Assembly (NCBI GenBank): GCA_001600815.1 | Contig: BCKZ01000048.1 | Location: 1 to 44,861, forward strand | Direction: 5' to 3' | Origin: Alloascoidea hylecoeti | Lineage: Eukaryota | Length of the DNA: 44,861 bases | Shown: positions 20,860 to 32,480 of the stretch, one piece after another | How positions within the stretch are numbered: the stretch's first letter is position 1 | Layout: every line of letters begins with the position of its first letter | The notes under the pieces: model-generated | Seen by the model: the letters and a program-made list of their open reading frames with translations, nothing else | Database searches by the model: none | What the model was told of the DNA's origin: nothing | Made by a program: the position numbers and the translations under genes

Positions 20860-21840
20860 ATGTTTGGTCTGGTTGGACATATTCCTGGAACTAAGCAGGC
20901 GACAAAACGGATTCAGTCTATTCTTGATAGTTATGGTTCAGTAACCCTAAGTACTAACGTCAACAAAGTGATTGGTTCGTTGGGGTTAGACAGCAAAGAA
21001 GCGAAATCATTGATAGAATCATCTGAAGTTAATTCCTTGTTACCGAATGAAATTAGTACGCCTCCAAATGAACCATTAATGACAGAAGATACGACTACGA
21101 TATTCAAGCAACAACGATCATCATCTTCCTCATCTTCTTCAAGTGAGAATAGTTACAAAAGTTTGCGTGAACAGTTAGGCCTAGCAATCTCACTGGCATC
21201 ACCGTCATCTACATCATCTACAGTAGTTTCTCCATTCAATGAAAGGCAACAAGTTGATTTTTATGCAAATGAGAAAATTGATACATCTAAAACCTATCAA
21301 GGCTTTAGACAGTTGACGGTTGCTATCGAAATGGATCAAGATGACCCTTTAACGGTCGAATTGTACATGAAATCAATATCAACATTATTATCATCTTTAC
21401 ACCAACTTTCACAAGATCAAGTTGATAATCTTATACAAAGTATTAATCCTGAGCAACGAGAACAATATGCCATTTCTATTTTAAAGTATTCGAATGCTGA
21501 TATTGATTTTGAAGGTAAGAAGGCATCTAGTACTAAAAGTGCTACACTGGCTACTAGATTTGAAGAATTAATTGTTACAATAATTCGATATTTTTTTCTA
21601 TCCATTAGAATGGCTGCACCTTTTATTCGGAAATTCCTTAATTTTGTAATAGCTCAAGAACGAAAGCATCAAATATCTTCACGATTAGTAAAGACCGCTG
21701 TTAGACTAATTCAAACTGCGACTAAAAGTGAAGTTGGGAAACTCGCCGTAACTCAGAGTCATGCAATAGTTATGGCGATCCTCAAGGGACTTTTGGAGGG
21801 AATGTCCGCCATGAATGACGAAATTGGAAAGCAGGAATGA
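20860..21840 (+). CDS. Uncharacterised fungal protein
   Basis: Long open frame. The first ATG is at 20860; the ORF-track start is a TTG in T-rich leader-like sequence. Ser-rich middle, helical and partly hydrophobic C-terminal half. Confidence 0.75.
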   Translation: MFGLVGHIPGTKQATKRIQSILDSYGSVTLSTNVNKVIGSLGLDSKEAKSLIESSEVNSLLPNEISTPPNEPLMTEDTTTIFKQQRSSSSSSSSSENSYKSLREQLGLAISLASPSSTSSTVVSPFNERQQVDFYANEKIDTSKTYQGFRQLTVAIEMDQDDPLTVELYMKSISTLLSSLHQLSQDQVDNLIQSINPEQREQYAISILKYSNADIDFEGKKASSTKSATLATRFEELIVTIIRYFFLSIRMAAPFIRKFLNFVIAQERKHQISSRLVKTAVRLIQTATKSEVGKLAVTQSHAIVMAILKGLLEGMSAMNDEIGKQE

Positions 21841-22188
21841 TCAGAGATTTTATTTCTAACTATTATTAACACACTTTTTTTTTTATCATTGATTTCGCTT
21901 TATATTTTGCATTGAATTTCTATAACAAACTCACATTACCTATGGTTTCTATTGATTTCCACTACACTCTAGTTCTTATATTTTAGATTAATGTGTTTAC
22001 ATACTTTTTATATTACGTTTTATACTCATAATTATATTTTTAATTTAATTTTAATTGACATTGAAATTAAAATACTTCTCTTATCAAACGAGACCCCGTA
22101 AGTTCATCTGCCATGCATCCGGCATTGTAATACAACCTTAAAAACACACATCATCATTCAAATCATAAATTCCACATATATATCATTT

Positions 22189-24405
22189 ATGATTGAAAAG
22201 CGACTTCTAAAACTTTCATTAGGTTCATCATTTTTAAATAATAATGATTCTTCGGATCCAATAAATGATAATAAAGCCAATCTTGAAGAAGAATCAAAAA
22301 GAGCTCATTATCGAGATCTTAACATCCAAGCAGAAAAACAATATAATGATTCTATTAATTTATTATTTCAGCAGGTTAGTAAAATTAAAAGAGATTTTGC
22401 CTTTAAAAATGGTTTAATTACCACTGATAATGATAAAGATAAGGACAAAAACTTTACAAATCTAGATGATATTCTTAATGATGACAATTATGATAGTTTA
22501 GATGATGAAAATGTTGATATCTTATCTAACGTTAATAATATCGAAAAAGTTGTAAAACAAACAATATTTAGTGAACAAATTAAACAAGCAGAAGAGGATC
22601 ATTCAGCTTTACAATATTCCGCTCTATTTGCGTTTTATGCAAAATCATTGGGTTTCTTGTTAATCTGGCCGATTAAAATATTTAGAAATCGAATCATGTT
22701 AAATGGTTGGCCAACAAACCAAGGAGAATTTAGCCTTTCAAAACTTTTATCATTATGCATTGACTTCTTACACAAAAGTGATTTTAAGACATTATATGGT
22801 GGTTTGGCTTCAGTTGGTCTTGTAAGTTGTATTAATGAGGTATCATCAGTTATTTCAGATAAAATATCAAAAAGGTTATCAAGATTTTTATTTGAGAATA
22901 AGATCATAACAGATACAGTTAAATTATCTCTTTTCCAAATATTATTCTCTTTATTTTTAGAAATGGGGTTTGTATTAGCTACTTTACCACTTATTGAATA
23001 TTCATTACTTACTGGTTCAGGAGTCATTACAATAAATAAATTTTCAAAATTATTACCATCATTTAAATTTTATAAGAAAATATTATCAATGAATTATTTC
23101 AAATCAAATTTTAAAAGATTTGGTATTATAACATTATGGAGTAATTATGAATCATTTATACGAGCTATGGGGAATGAGTATTTATTGTTTAAGATAAATG
23201 AATCAACTTTTTATACCGATTATGATAAAGGCCCAGGTAATAGGAAATTTACAAAAATGCCTTGGAATGCGGTCAAAGGTTACTCAGGCTTAGGCTATGA
23301 CCGTAAAATACTTTCTGATGAACTATTATATGATATTTCTGTTCCATATTGGCAGCATAATTTATTCCCACAAAAGGATTGTATTCTTGCACATTTTATT
23401 TTCTTAGTTAATCTATATTCTAAAGATTATGTTTATGAAGTTGAAGAAGTACCAAAAACTACTCTATATCTTTATTCACAGGTATTACGTGGTTCTGGCG
23501 ATTCTCCTATATCATTTTCGGATGATGACAATGATAATGATAACAATAACAATAATCTAACAGATCTTAATGCTACATTTCATGAAAGTGGAGATGGAAA
23601 TGTAGTTACCGCAACTGATACAATTATTCCTAATTTGGTCCTCAATGTTGAAGATCATGACATGTATTTAAATCAGGAAAGGCCCAATAACAACATGCCA
23701 CACACAAATGCTGGAGCTAACGCCATTGCAGCCGATAATTCAACCATAAATAATAATAATGGACCAAATCACTTCGATCCTACTTTTTCCCCATTATTAC
23801 CGCCCTCTGCTCCAGCTCTTAGGAATGATATGCCTGAACAAGTAGAGACTGTCGATGGAGCTATGACAATTCCAAATACACTCTATGATGATGACTACTT
23901 GGAATATTTAGCTCTTGCAAACCCTGATAATACTAACGAAGATGATACTTTCTTTTCGACACCAAGACATAATACTCAATTATACCATACAAGATTACAA
24001 CATGCATCTGCTAGACTTCATCCTGATCGAGATACAGGCCCAATTATTGAAGTTCCAACAGATCGGTTCGATCCTTTGAACAGAAGTTCTCTCATGCCAT
24101 CGAAAGGCTCATTGCGTGCTTTGTCTCTTGTTAGTGTTGCTAATAATCTTTATATCGATTCAACTGTATCATTTTTGACTGATTATATTCTTGGAGGCAT
24201 TGAGTATCGAGTAACCATGATGAATGGAGCAAGATCAATGTTTTTACCAAAATTTACATTCGCTGAGCCTAATATTGGGAGCCAAGTGATGTTAAAAATA
24301 GGAATAGCTAGTATTGAGTGGACCTTTTCATGGTGTTGGTACGAGATATGTTTTTGGGCGAACAGGGCTTTTATTAAGACCAAGTTTTGGAGTGATCAAT
24401 CTTAA
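22189..24405 (+). CDS. Uncharacterised probable membrane protein (738 aa)
   Basis: 738-codon ORF with hydrophobic segments and an acidic/Asn-rich loop. IWPIKIFRNRIML and FKTLYGGL faintly resemble mitochondrial-carrier repeats, but this is not diagnostic. Confidence 0.75.
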   Translation: MIEKRLLKLSLGSSFLNNNDSSDPINDNKANLEEESKRAHYRDLNIQAEKQYNDSINLLFQQVSKIKRDFAFKNGLITTDNDKDKDKNFTNLDDILNDDNYDSLDDENVDILSNVNNIEKVVKQTIFSEQIKQAEEDHSALQYSALFAFYAKSLGFLLIWPIKIFRNRIMLNGWPTNQGEFSLSKLLSLCIDFLHKSDFKTLYGGLASVGLVSCINEVSSVISDKISKRLSRFLFENKIITDTVKLSLFQILFSLFLEMGFVLATLPLIEYSLLTGSGVITINKFSKLLPSFKFYKKILSMNYFKSNFKRFGIITLWSNYESFIRAMGNEYLLFKINESTFYTDYDKGPGNRKFTKMPWNAVKGYSGLGYDRKILSDELLYDISVPYWQHNLFPQKDCILAHFIFLVNLYSKDYVYEVEEVPKTTLYLYSQVLRGSGDSPISFSDDDNDNDNNNNNLTDLNATFHESGDGNVVTATDTIIPNLVLNVEDHDMYLNQERPNNNMPHTNAGANAIAADNSTINNNNGPNHFDPTFSPLLPPSAPALRNDMPEQVETVDGAMTIPNTLYDDDYLEYLALANPDNTNEDDTFFSTPRHNTQLYHTRLQHASARLHPDRDTGPIIEVPTDRFDPLNRSSLMPSKGSLRALSLVSVANNLYIDSTVSFLTDYILGGIEYRVTMMNGARSMFLPKFTFAEPNIGSQVMLKIGIASIEWTFSWCWYEICFWANRAFIKTKFWSDQS

Positions 24406-25437
24406 AGTTTACAATTGCAAGGAAAAGAAATAATATAACTAGGTACATATATGTAGTTATTTATAAGCTACGTGGATTACAATGACCACCGGTTGCTAAT
24501 AATATAACGTCGATATAATATAATTATTAATATCGATTGCATAATTCCTATATCCTTACAAAATGCTTAGGCTTGACTCTATATTAGTCGAAACGGTGCT
24601 CCGGATTAATAGATGTTCAATATTTACAATTTAAAGTCTACTACTATCTATCACCTACCAACGTTGTTGTATGTACATTTTGAGACTCCATGATCCTGAC
24701 CATGACCATTAATGATTTAGGTGTATATAGTTTAAAATTACTATGACATGTTTCACCCCGCGGTAAACATATTTGCTAACGTTTTAACCCAAGGTTTCCA
24801 CCACAATTCCTAGTTATATGCAGAATAAAAGATATGTATCCTTGTTTTTTATAATTCGTAGTACATACTACAATTGGCTTTAATCTGCGGCACCGGTAGT
24901 AGTCCGGTACGTGTAGAGGTATATTAATTAGGTTATTGACAGGATGGTTAGACATAATAGTAAATACCCTTTTGGTTCAGTCGATCGCCATATAATAGTT
25001 GGTGTATAATGTGTATTTATAAATTCATGTATGTTGAAGCCTTACTGTTGCAAAATAGGGCTAAAGACTAGTTTAAAATTAGCTTATACATATTAATAGT
25101 TAACCCCAAGGAACATATGCCAAGCCCTAAACTGGCCTATTAAAGCTAAACACACTCATCACAGGGAGGAAAAGCTCTATATTTCCGTTGGGGTACTAAG
25201 TGATGACCTATGGACTTGAATGGGTTCCAAAGTGGGTTGAAAAAAAAAAAGTTAAAATATCGTCTGCAGCTATCCGAAGGTTTAAAACAAAGTTTATGGC
25301 CTGTTTGTGTTTTTGTTCGGCAGCAGTGGATTAAAGTATTTATAACTTGGCAATAAGCCCCCTTCTATTTAACCTCCATGGTTAGCTAACATTTTCAAAA
25401 TTATACTCACTGTTACACGGACACCCGAATACTCTTC

Positions 25438-27009
25438 ATGCGATTTCTTCTGGCCGTGTCATTTAGCGTCTGGTTTTTGCTATATATCCAGGTGGCTCGG
25501 GCGACCAAAACCCGGGGTGTACTGGCATTCCCATTGAAGTCCAATGGAAAGGTTTCATATATTAACATCACTATAGGAGACAGCCAAGCTCTTACATTGA
25601 TGATAGACACATTCTCACCGAATAACTGGGTCCTAGGTGTTGACGCTTTCCCGACGTGTTATGCCCGATGGAAGTACAAGAAATCCTCCTCAAAAGCTTC
25701 CAGTACAGCCTCCACTAGTTTGCCATGTCCCACCAATGGATACTACGACTCATCTAGCGATGAAAATTTCGACTATCTCTCTTTCGCCCAAAGTACAAAA
25801 ACGATATCAATCAACCGAACAGACGTAGTTGGAATACATATAGAAGGGTTATATGGCACCAGCAACCTGTCTCTTGTTGGCTACAACACCCATCTTGGCT
25901 TCAAAAACAACTTTAGAGCTTCAGCCGTGACTTTTGTTGAAGTAGAATCTTCGAATCGACTAACGGGCTCCTTTGGCTTGGGATTAGCGCCTGTTGGTTA
26001 CAATTTCCTCGACGCCGCTTATTCAAGTGGATTACTATACTCAGCATCATATTCATTATTTTTAGATAGTTCTATCACATCTGGGAAAGACAACAATGGC
26101 GAACTTATCATGGGAGGCTTCAGTAAAGATCATTACATTGGTGATTTATACCAGATGAACATTATCCCTCTTGGTGGCAACTCCGATTTAACTATGCCAA
26201 TAATTACTTTATCGGGGTTATCCATCACAGGAACAGATGGTAAAACTTCCTCTCTTACTAATAATTCTGATTTTACTCGAGGTATTTTAATAGACTCAAG
26301 GGCTCGATATACCTACCTACCTGAAGAAACAATGATAAATTTAGCATTCCAATTAAATGCGGTTTACGAGTCTGAATATAGTCGTTGGATCCTCGACTGT
26401 TCATATCGCAATCTAAATATCACTATAAATTTTGAATTCTTCCATTGCATTATCAAAGTTCCTTTATATGAGTTGATTTTTGACGTTATGGATTCAACCG
26501 GAGAAAACAATACAGATATCTGTCTATTTGGTGTTACAAGTGATAAGAATGCTGGTATTTCAGTCTTAGGGGCATCATTTTTACGCTCTGCTCTTCTTGT
26601 TGTAGATCGAGAGGGTGGACAGGTTGCTCTAGCACAGGCATATGTTAGTGGAATAGAATCAATTATTCCTAATTTGTTTACAACTCCACGTACTTATGAA
26701 ACAACATATTACGCCATTTCCTCAAAGAGTATACCGCTTGCCGTAACAATGGTTCAATCAAGCACACCGTATGTTACAATCAGCGAAGCGGCTTCTACCG
26801 GAAAGTTTGATGAAAGTGGCTTTGTGGATAGTACAATTGGAGAAGGTATAGACAGACGAAACAAAACTCTAACTTCTTCCGCGGGTGCCGGTATGATCAG
26901 GCCCAATAGTTTCATAATGCCTAGCAAAGGAGAGTCGAGGGAATATAGCCATGCACTGCTGATGGCTGGTTTAGTTTGTTTAAGCATTTTCACATTGCTA
27001 ATAATATGA
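25438..27009 (+). CDS. Secreted, probably GPI-anchored aspartic protease family A1 (yapsin, Yps7-like)
   Basis: Signal peptide; YINITIG...LMIDTFSPNNWV and GILIDSRARYTYLP in the two catalytic positions; GSFGLG, SYSLFL, GELIMGG, VLGASFLRS...D...VALAQA; hydrophobic C-terminal tail. Confidence 0.88.
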   Translation: MRFLLAVSFSVWFLLYIQVARATKTRGVLAFPLKSNGKVSYINITIGDSQALTLMIDTFSPNNWVLGVDAFPTCYARWKYKKSSSKASSTASTSLPCPTNGYYDSSSDENFDYLSFAQSTKTISINRTDVVGIHIEGLYGTSNLSLVGYNTHLGFKNNFRASAVTFVEVESSNRLTGSFGLGLAPVGYNFLDAAYSSGLLYSASYSLFLDSSITSGKDNNGELIMGGFSKDHYIGDLYQMNIIPLGGNSDLTMPIITLSGLSITGTDGKTSSLTNNSDFTRGILIDSRARYTYLPEETMINLAFQLNAVYESEYSRWILDCSYRNLNITINFEFFHCIIKVPLYELIFDVMDSTGENNTDICLFGVTSDKNAGISVLGASFLRSALLVVDREGGQVALAQAYVSGIESIIPNLFTTPRTYETTYYAISSKSIPLAVTMVQSSTPYVTISEAASTGKFDESGFVDSTIGEGIDRRNKTLTSSAGAGMIRPNSFIMPSKGESREYSHALLMAGLVCLSIFTLLII

Positions 27010-28045
27010 CAGTAAATCGAACTAACGTTTAAGTTAATTATAAGCTAATCTCCTCATAATATTTTATTTCATTTTTATTTTCATTTTTTGCTTTCGAAAA
27101 AGTCTCCTGTTATAGCATTGTTCTTCTCATTTTATTACTAGCTAATGTTGTTATTGTTAACTGTACTTATTATCATATCTTGTGTTATATCTACATCTAC
27201 TTCTTTATAATAAATATCGGATTGATTTTCGATTTATATATATAACACTATAAGATCTTTTATTACATGTAAGTAACGTTATAACTTATAACTGTCATTG
27301 AGTTTTAATTACGAAATATCAACGGCACGTTGTTTCTATTAATTAAAACTTATGATAAGCCTATCTTATAATTAAGCTTGTTGACTAGTAGTGACCTATA
27401 ATAGCCGGCGGTTAATTTGAATTGATTATAATCATAATGCTAAAGCGCGTTATTATAAATTATGGTCTTATAATTATAACTTATCATTAAGAACATGAGC
27501 ACATAGTCTTGATCATGATCTCACAGTATATTTTTGAGATCAATATTAATGAAATCTGAATCTTTTTTTTAAATTGTTTATTCGCGAATCATGATACTTT
27601 TATGTTGAATCACAATTTAATTTTTATAAAGCTTTATATATAAGATATTGAATAAGGTTTACAAATACTTACTGGATTTAATTGTGAGTTGTTATACACA
27701 CAGTTGTAAAGCATTAATACGTTTGCGGTTGCAATTTGATTAATGGGAAGCTTAGAACTTATCCGAGAAAACTTCTGGGGTTAGTATATATATATATATG
27801 TAATAGTTGGATAAAAGGATAATGAAATGAAATAGGTCTATCCTTTTTATTTAGGATCATTACTCTTAGGGTATAATTAATTCTACTTTTGAAAATTAAT
27901 TAAAATATAAACTCGTTTACAGTTTCTAACTCCTGATCTATACCATAGCCTTAGTCTTAGTTAACGTCGGATATTAAACGTTAACTAGCTTAGAATCTAA
28001 CTAATATCCAATTAGTTTATCTTGTTTCACCATTCTTTTATTAAG

Positions 28046-28248
28046 GTACGTTCCTTTGTTGTGCTCCTTCGTGATACACTTTTCGAAAAAATTCTAAAAA
28101 TCTGAAAAGTAAACGAAGGTATTTATGTGTTTTACACTTAATAATCTATAAAAATATACATACCTTATATTTTTTTATTTTATTAGTTTTCGAATTTTCA
28201 TAAATTTTTGAAAAGTGCCTTGAGTTTTGACGAATGAAACGAACGTGC
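28046..28248. repeat. Degenerate ~200-bp foldback / inverted repeat (MITE-like)
   Basis: Left arm GTACGTTC...CACTTTTCGAAAAAATTCTAAAAATCTGAAAAGTAA...AAGGTATTTATGTGTTTTA aligns with the reverse complement of the right arm GCACGTTC...CACTTTTC-AAAAATTTATGAAAATTCGAAAACTAA...AAGGTATGTATATTTTTA. Confidence 0.6.
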
Positions 28249-30510
28249 ACACGTCATATTATAAAATTTTATAATGGGATTTTAATATGGTTTGCATAAG
28301 ACAATAAGGCTTATATGAGGACATGTTTTTAAATGTAAATGTCACTGATAGTCGGAGGTTAACTTGGTGATGCACATGGTGACTTAGATATAAAAAGTTT
28401 GTACCTAGTCTTTTCTAACATAACTTTAATATAAAATTAATACAAATGAATACTTTTAGACTAGGAGGCAATATGGAAATACTTTTTTAATCAAATTTTA
28501 TAAGAGTAATGACAGATAAAATGACTACAGAGTGGTTTGGTACCACAAATCGAATCATTTAACGAGTTTAAAGAGAAGATCAATATTCAAATTGAAGACC
28601 CAAACAACAAGCTTGACAGAATTCTAGAATTGTTATCAGCCTTACCTTGTGTTAGAAATAGAAGTAATAATGGGTAGCACCATAACGGTGCGCCCATGTC
28701 AGCTCCAGTAGTGCTCTGTTTAAACTTGAAGAGGATAGCTATTAGCTATAGGATTATTGGGTAAGATCAAGAAGTCTCTTTAAGAAAGGAATTCATTGAC
28801 GTAACAGATGAATCGTGCTTTTCGTAATTGAGGGGAAGCTGAAGACCAGTCGGATCATTTAGACTAACACGCACCAACCAAGTCTTTAGGCCTTATACTG
28901 AAATCACGAATTGCAGTAGCTGGAAATATTGGCATAATATATAATTACAACAATTTGCAAGCTTTCTTATAAAAAGGCGTTTTAATTTGAAATAATAATA
29001 AGTCACAATTAATATGACATATAATATGTAGTGCTCTTTTTTCATGCGCGTACGATATACGATTGCACCAGCATTGACCAGTTGATAGTAATTGATAATA
29101 ATTAGAAGTTTAGAACCTTTAAATTTAAATTAAATTGATTCATAATCATATATGTACCGGTACTATATTACCGTTACAAGTATGAATTTATTTAGTATAA
29201 ATTCACTTCCCTTTTACAATTCTATGAACTATTATTAATTTATTATTATTTATACTTCATTAGTATGTAAGATTTATAAATTCCAAGCTTATAGTAAAAT
29301 TTCTTCCTTATGGAATCTCTGAGCTTCGTTTGCGATTGCTTATAATTATTTAAAGATATAATAATTGTAATCACATTTTACTTGAAAGGATTTCACTGTA
29401 GTTTTGGGTTAAACTATATTGAACAAGCCAGCAGAAAAACCTTAGTTATGCATACGCATATGAAAGTTAAATATGCTAGATCTAAGTATCGGTTACGGCG
29501 TGTTGCAAGTTCCCAAAGAGAGAGGCGTACATATTCCTTCCTTTTTTATATATTTTATAATTTATAAATTTAAGCTATTTAATTGAATATTTACAAAAAA
29601 TCAATGACATTAATATTGTGTAAAAGTTATCCATTAATACTTGAAATCTTCGATCACAATTGATGATTTCTAATATTTAAACAAAGTAATGACTCTTGTA
29701 TACCACAATATAACAATATGACAATATTAATATAAATATAATAAAACCATAAAAATAATCCAAACACTATATAGTGTGACCCTGTCCCACTCTCCAATGT
29801 GTCCATCCAGAAGATTTATAAATTAGTAATTATGTCAGGATTTATAAAAATTACTTTCTTCTGGCCTTGGTTACAGTGCATTGAACTTAACTATGCACCA
29901 ATTTGGGGAAACCTTAAGCTTGAAATTATCAATTCTTTCACAATCTCGTAAAGAAATCATTGCGAGTGATAATTTAGTGGCTATTACATCCTTTTTAACA
30001 TTGGTGGCTCTTGAAATTGTATTATTGAATCGTTATCATTAACTTAAGAAGAATAAGGCGTACACAATTGCAAGTATACAATGACATAATGAAATATTCA
30101 AAATCTGTAATTTCTCTGTAGATTGAAATTGAAATGGAATAGATGTCTGAACTTTTTATCTTGGAATTATACGTTATGTATTTTGAATGATCTTAATACT
30201 AGTTTCTTGTAAAAGGTTCTTAAACTTCTGTAATTCAATATAATACTAATTGCGAACTATATTGGAGATCAATTCTTGGAGAAACACAAGACGAATATTC
30301 AAATCTAAAACCTCTCATTAAAGCTGCGTGAAATAAACTCGCATCTGTATTGAAGATACAAAGTTGGAAAGTGCAACAACACATTAGTATTCAACCATGA
30401 ACTGCAGAACCAGACACAAATATATATCATTATTAATAGTTTTACTAATAGTTCCTTAACCGTAATTACGATAATATAATTATATTTGATTTTCTTTTTT
30501 GTAAATTTTG

Positions 30511-32480
30511 TTATGATGTAAGAGTTCTTCTACGATTTGACTTACTGAGTGAGTTCCCTGGCCGGCCGACTCCGACACACATCTCTCTATTATCTCCTGA
30601 GAATTTTGTGTAATTATTTTTAGCCTTTCCCCTCTTAGAAGTCTGAATTCCACCTAGAATAATATTCAGGGAATATTCGAGCATTGTGGAGGAAATACGA
30701 CCTATGCGTAATAAAATCTCCTTCATTCTTTGAAGATATTTGTCCAACGACATAAATCAACATCAGATATCTCATCTTTTCGATTTTTCAACCACGCTTC
30801 GTAAGTACATTTTACAAACTCGCCGTATTTACATCGTTCAGGTAAATTTTCATATAAAATGATTTTTTCCTAAGTTATTTTGGTCACCCCTACCTCATTT
30901 TTTCGCCTACCCAAACCTGTCCAAATTTACTTAATATCTTCTGGGAATTAAATGGATGAATTCCACTTGTCGCAAAGCCCGATCGGACCTTTCAAGGGTC
31001 TCATTCTTATTTTAAACATCATTAGTATGTAGTGACTGATACACACTCCGGTGGGATGTCATCTAAAAGATTCAGCATCGACGATGAGTGCATATACACA
31101 AATTCTCCATATTCGCGGGTAGATTTCTTATCTCTTCCATAACTTTCGGCCTTAAAAAGTGGGGTTTTAACGAATATTTCACCTCTTCCCTTTTCTACCT
31201 CATAATCGTAAGCACATATAGCAGATAAAAGTTTTATAGCATCACTTTTCGAATCTAATTTGGAGAAAATGGTATGTGGTTTGAAATATTTCTGCCATAA
31301 TTGTCGTTTTTCCTCTTTATCAATAGAATCAGTATCATTAGAGTCGTCAAAATTTGATATGCCCGGTTCGTGTTGATAGATAAAAGGGTCTCCAAATAAT
31401 CCTGCAACTATAGCAATAATGTATGGAATGCATTCAAATTGAACGCCAATTATCAACATCTTAGAATACCTTGGTGATATTGGAAATAAGCTTATATTTT
31501 TTCGAAGTTCTCTCAAGTGTTTATTATCATCAAGTGCATTTAAATATATCAATGACCTCTCACCCTTTGCAAGATGCCCTATCTGGTGGAGTTGGGAAAT
31601 TTTATTACATTGCCAATTCCATATTTTTCATAAGCAGAACTACAACAGGCATCCTTAAAATTTCTGGTTTTGTAAATTGATCAAAATCTCTCTCACACGA
31701 CCACAATCGACTACATATCTAATTTCTGGAAAGAGAAAGTCAGTGAAGTCTCAGCAACATTTGTTGCAATAATACCTACACAACCGGGAATCTGAAGGAG
31801 GATCCTAGAAAATATTCATTCGCTCTTTTGTTGATAGTAAAGAATATAATGGCAGAACAAATAAATCTTCAACTTGATTTTTTTCTTCCTTAGCAATCAC
31901 TTCTTCGAATCCACCTTTTTCATCGCTTTCAGTATAATCATCAACTTCACTTTCGATCTCACCAATTTTCTTCTCTAAAAATTTGTGTTCTTCGTTTCCG
32001 AATTCTATCTCTTCAACCTCTGTTATAGTATTTGTTATTGAAACTTGAACTTTTATATTTTCAGAATCTAATATTCCCTTCATTTGGTTCTCTTTCTTAT
32101 GGGAAAATTCCTTCCGTAAGCTTTTTACCATATTTGTAATCTCGTTTTGACCTGCCATGAATACAAGTATACCAACAGGTGGTAAGCACTTATGGATTTT
32201 TCTAACCTTTCTAAAAACTTCCTCGACATAATTATGTACTGTTCGTTTGTTGAAATGAATTCCAACGGGATATTGACGTGCTTCAACATTGATAACAGGT
32301 GGTGGAGTTTTAAAAAGATTCTTATTTTCTGTAAAATCACCAACTCTAAGAGTAGCTGACATAATAATAAGTTTTAATGGTTGTATTAATTTATCAGTTT
32401 CACTCATTTCTCTTCATAATTTCCAATTAAGATATCTGTATTCACATTTCTTTCATGAATCAATAATAACTGCCGTATAA
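30511..32480 (-). pseudogene. ECM16: Pseudogene of DEAH-box RNA helicase Dhr1/Ecm16 (DHX37)
   Basis: Fragments in several frames: [114 protein letters not shown]. The DEAH motif is broken by a frameshifting deletion, motif VI is missing, and there are stops and further frameshifts. Confidence 0.9.
30920..30988 (-). mobile_element. pogo/Fot1-like (DDE_1) transposase fragment
   Basis: Translates VRSGFATSGIHPFNSQKILSKFG, matching the conserved post-DDE motif I.SGF..TGI.PFN...VL of pogo/Fot1/Tigger transposases. No TIRs seen. Confidence 0.6.

Noticed and set aside
30250..30410. Frame reading YWRSILGETQDEYSNLKPLIKAA*NKLAS, vaguely hAT-transposase-like
   Set aside because: Too short, interrupted and without diagnostic residues.
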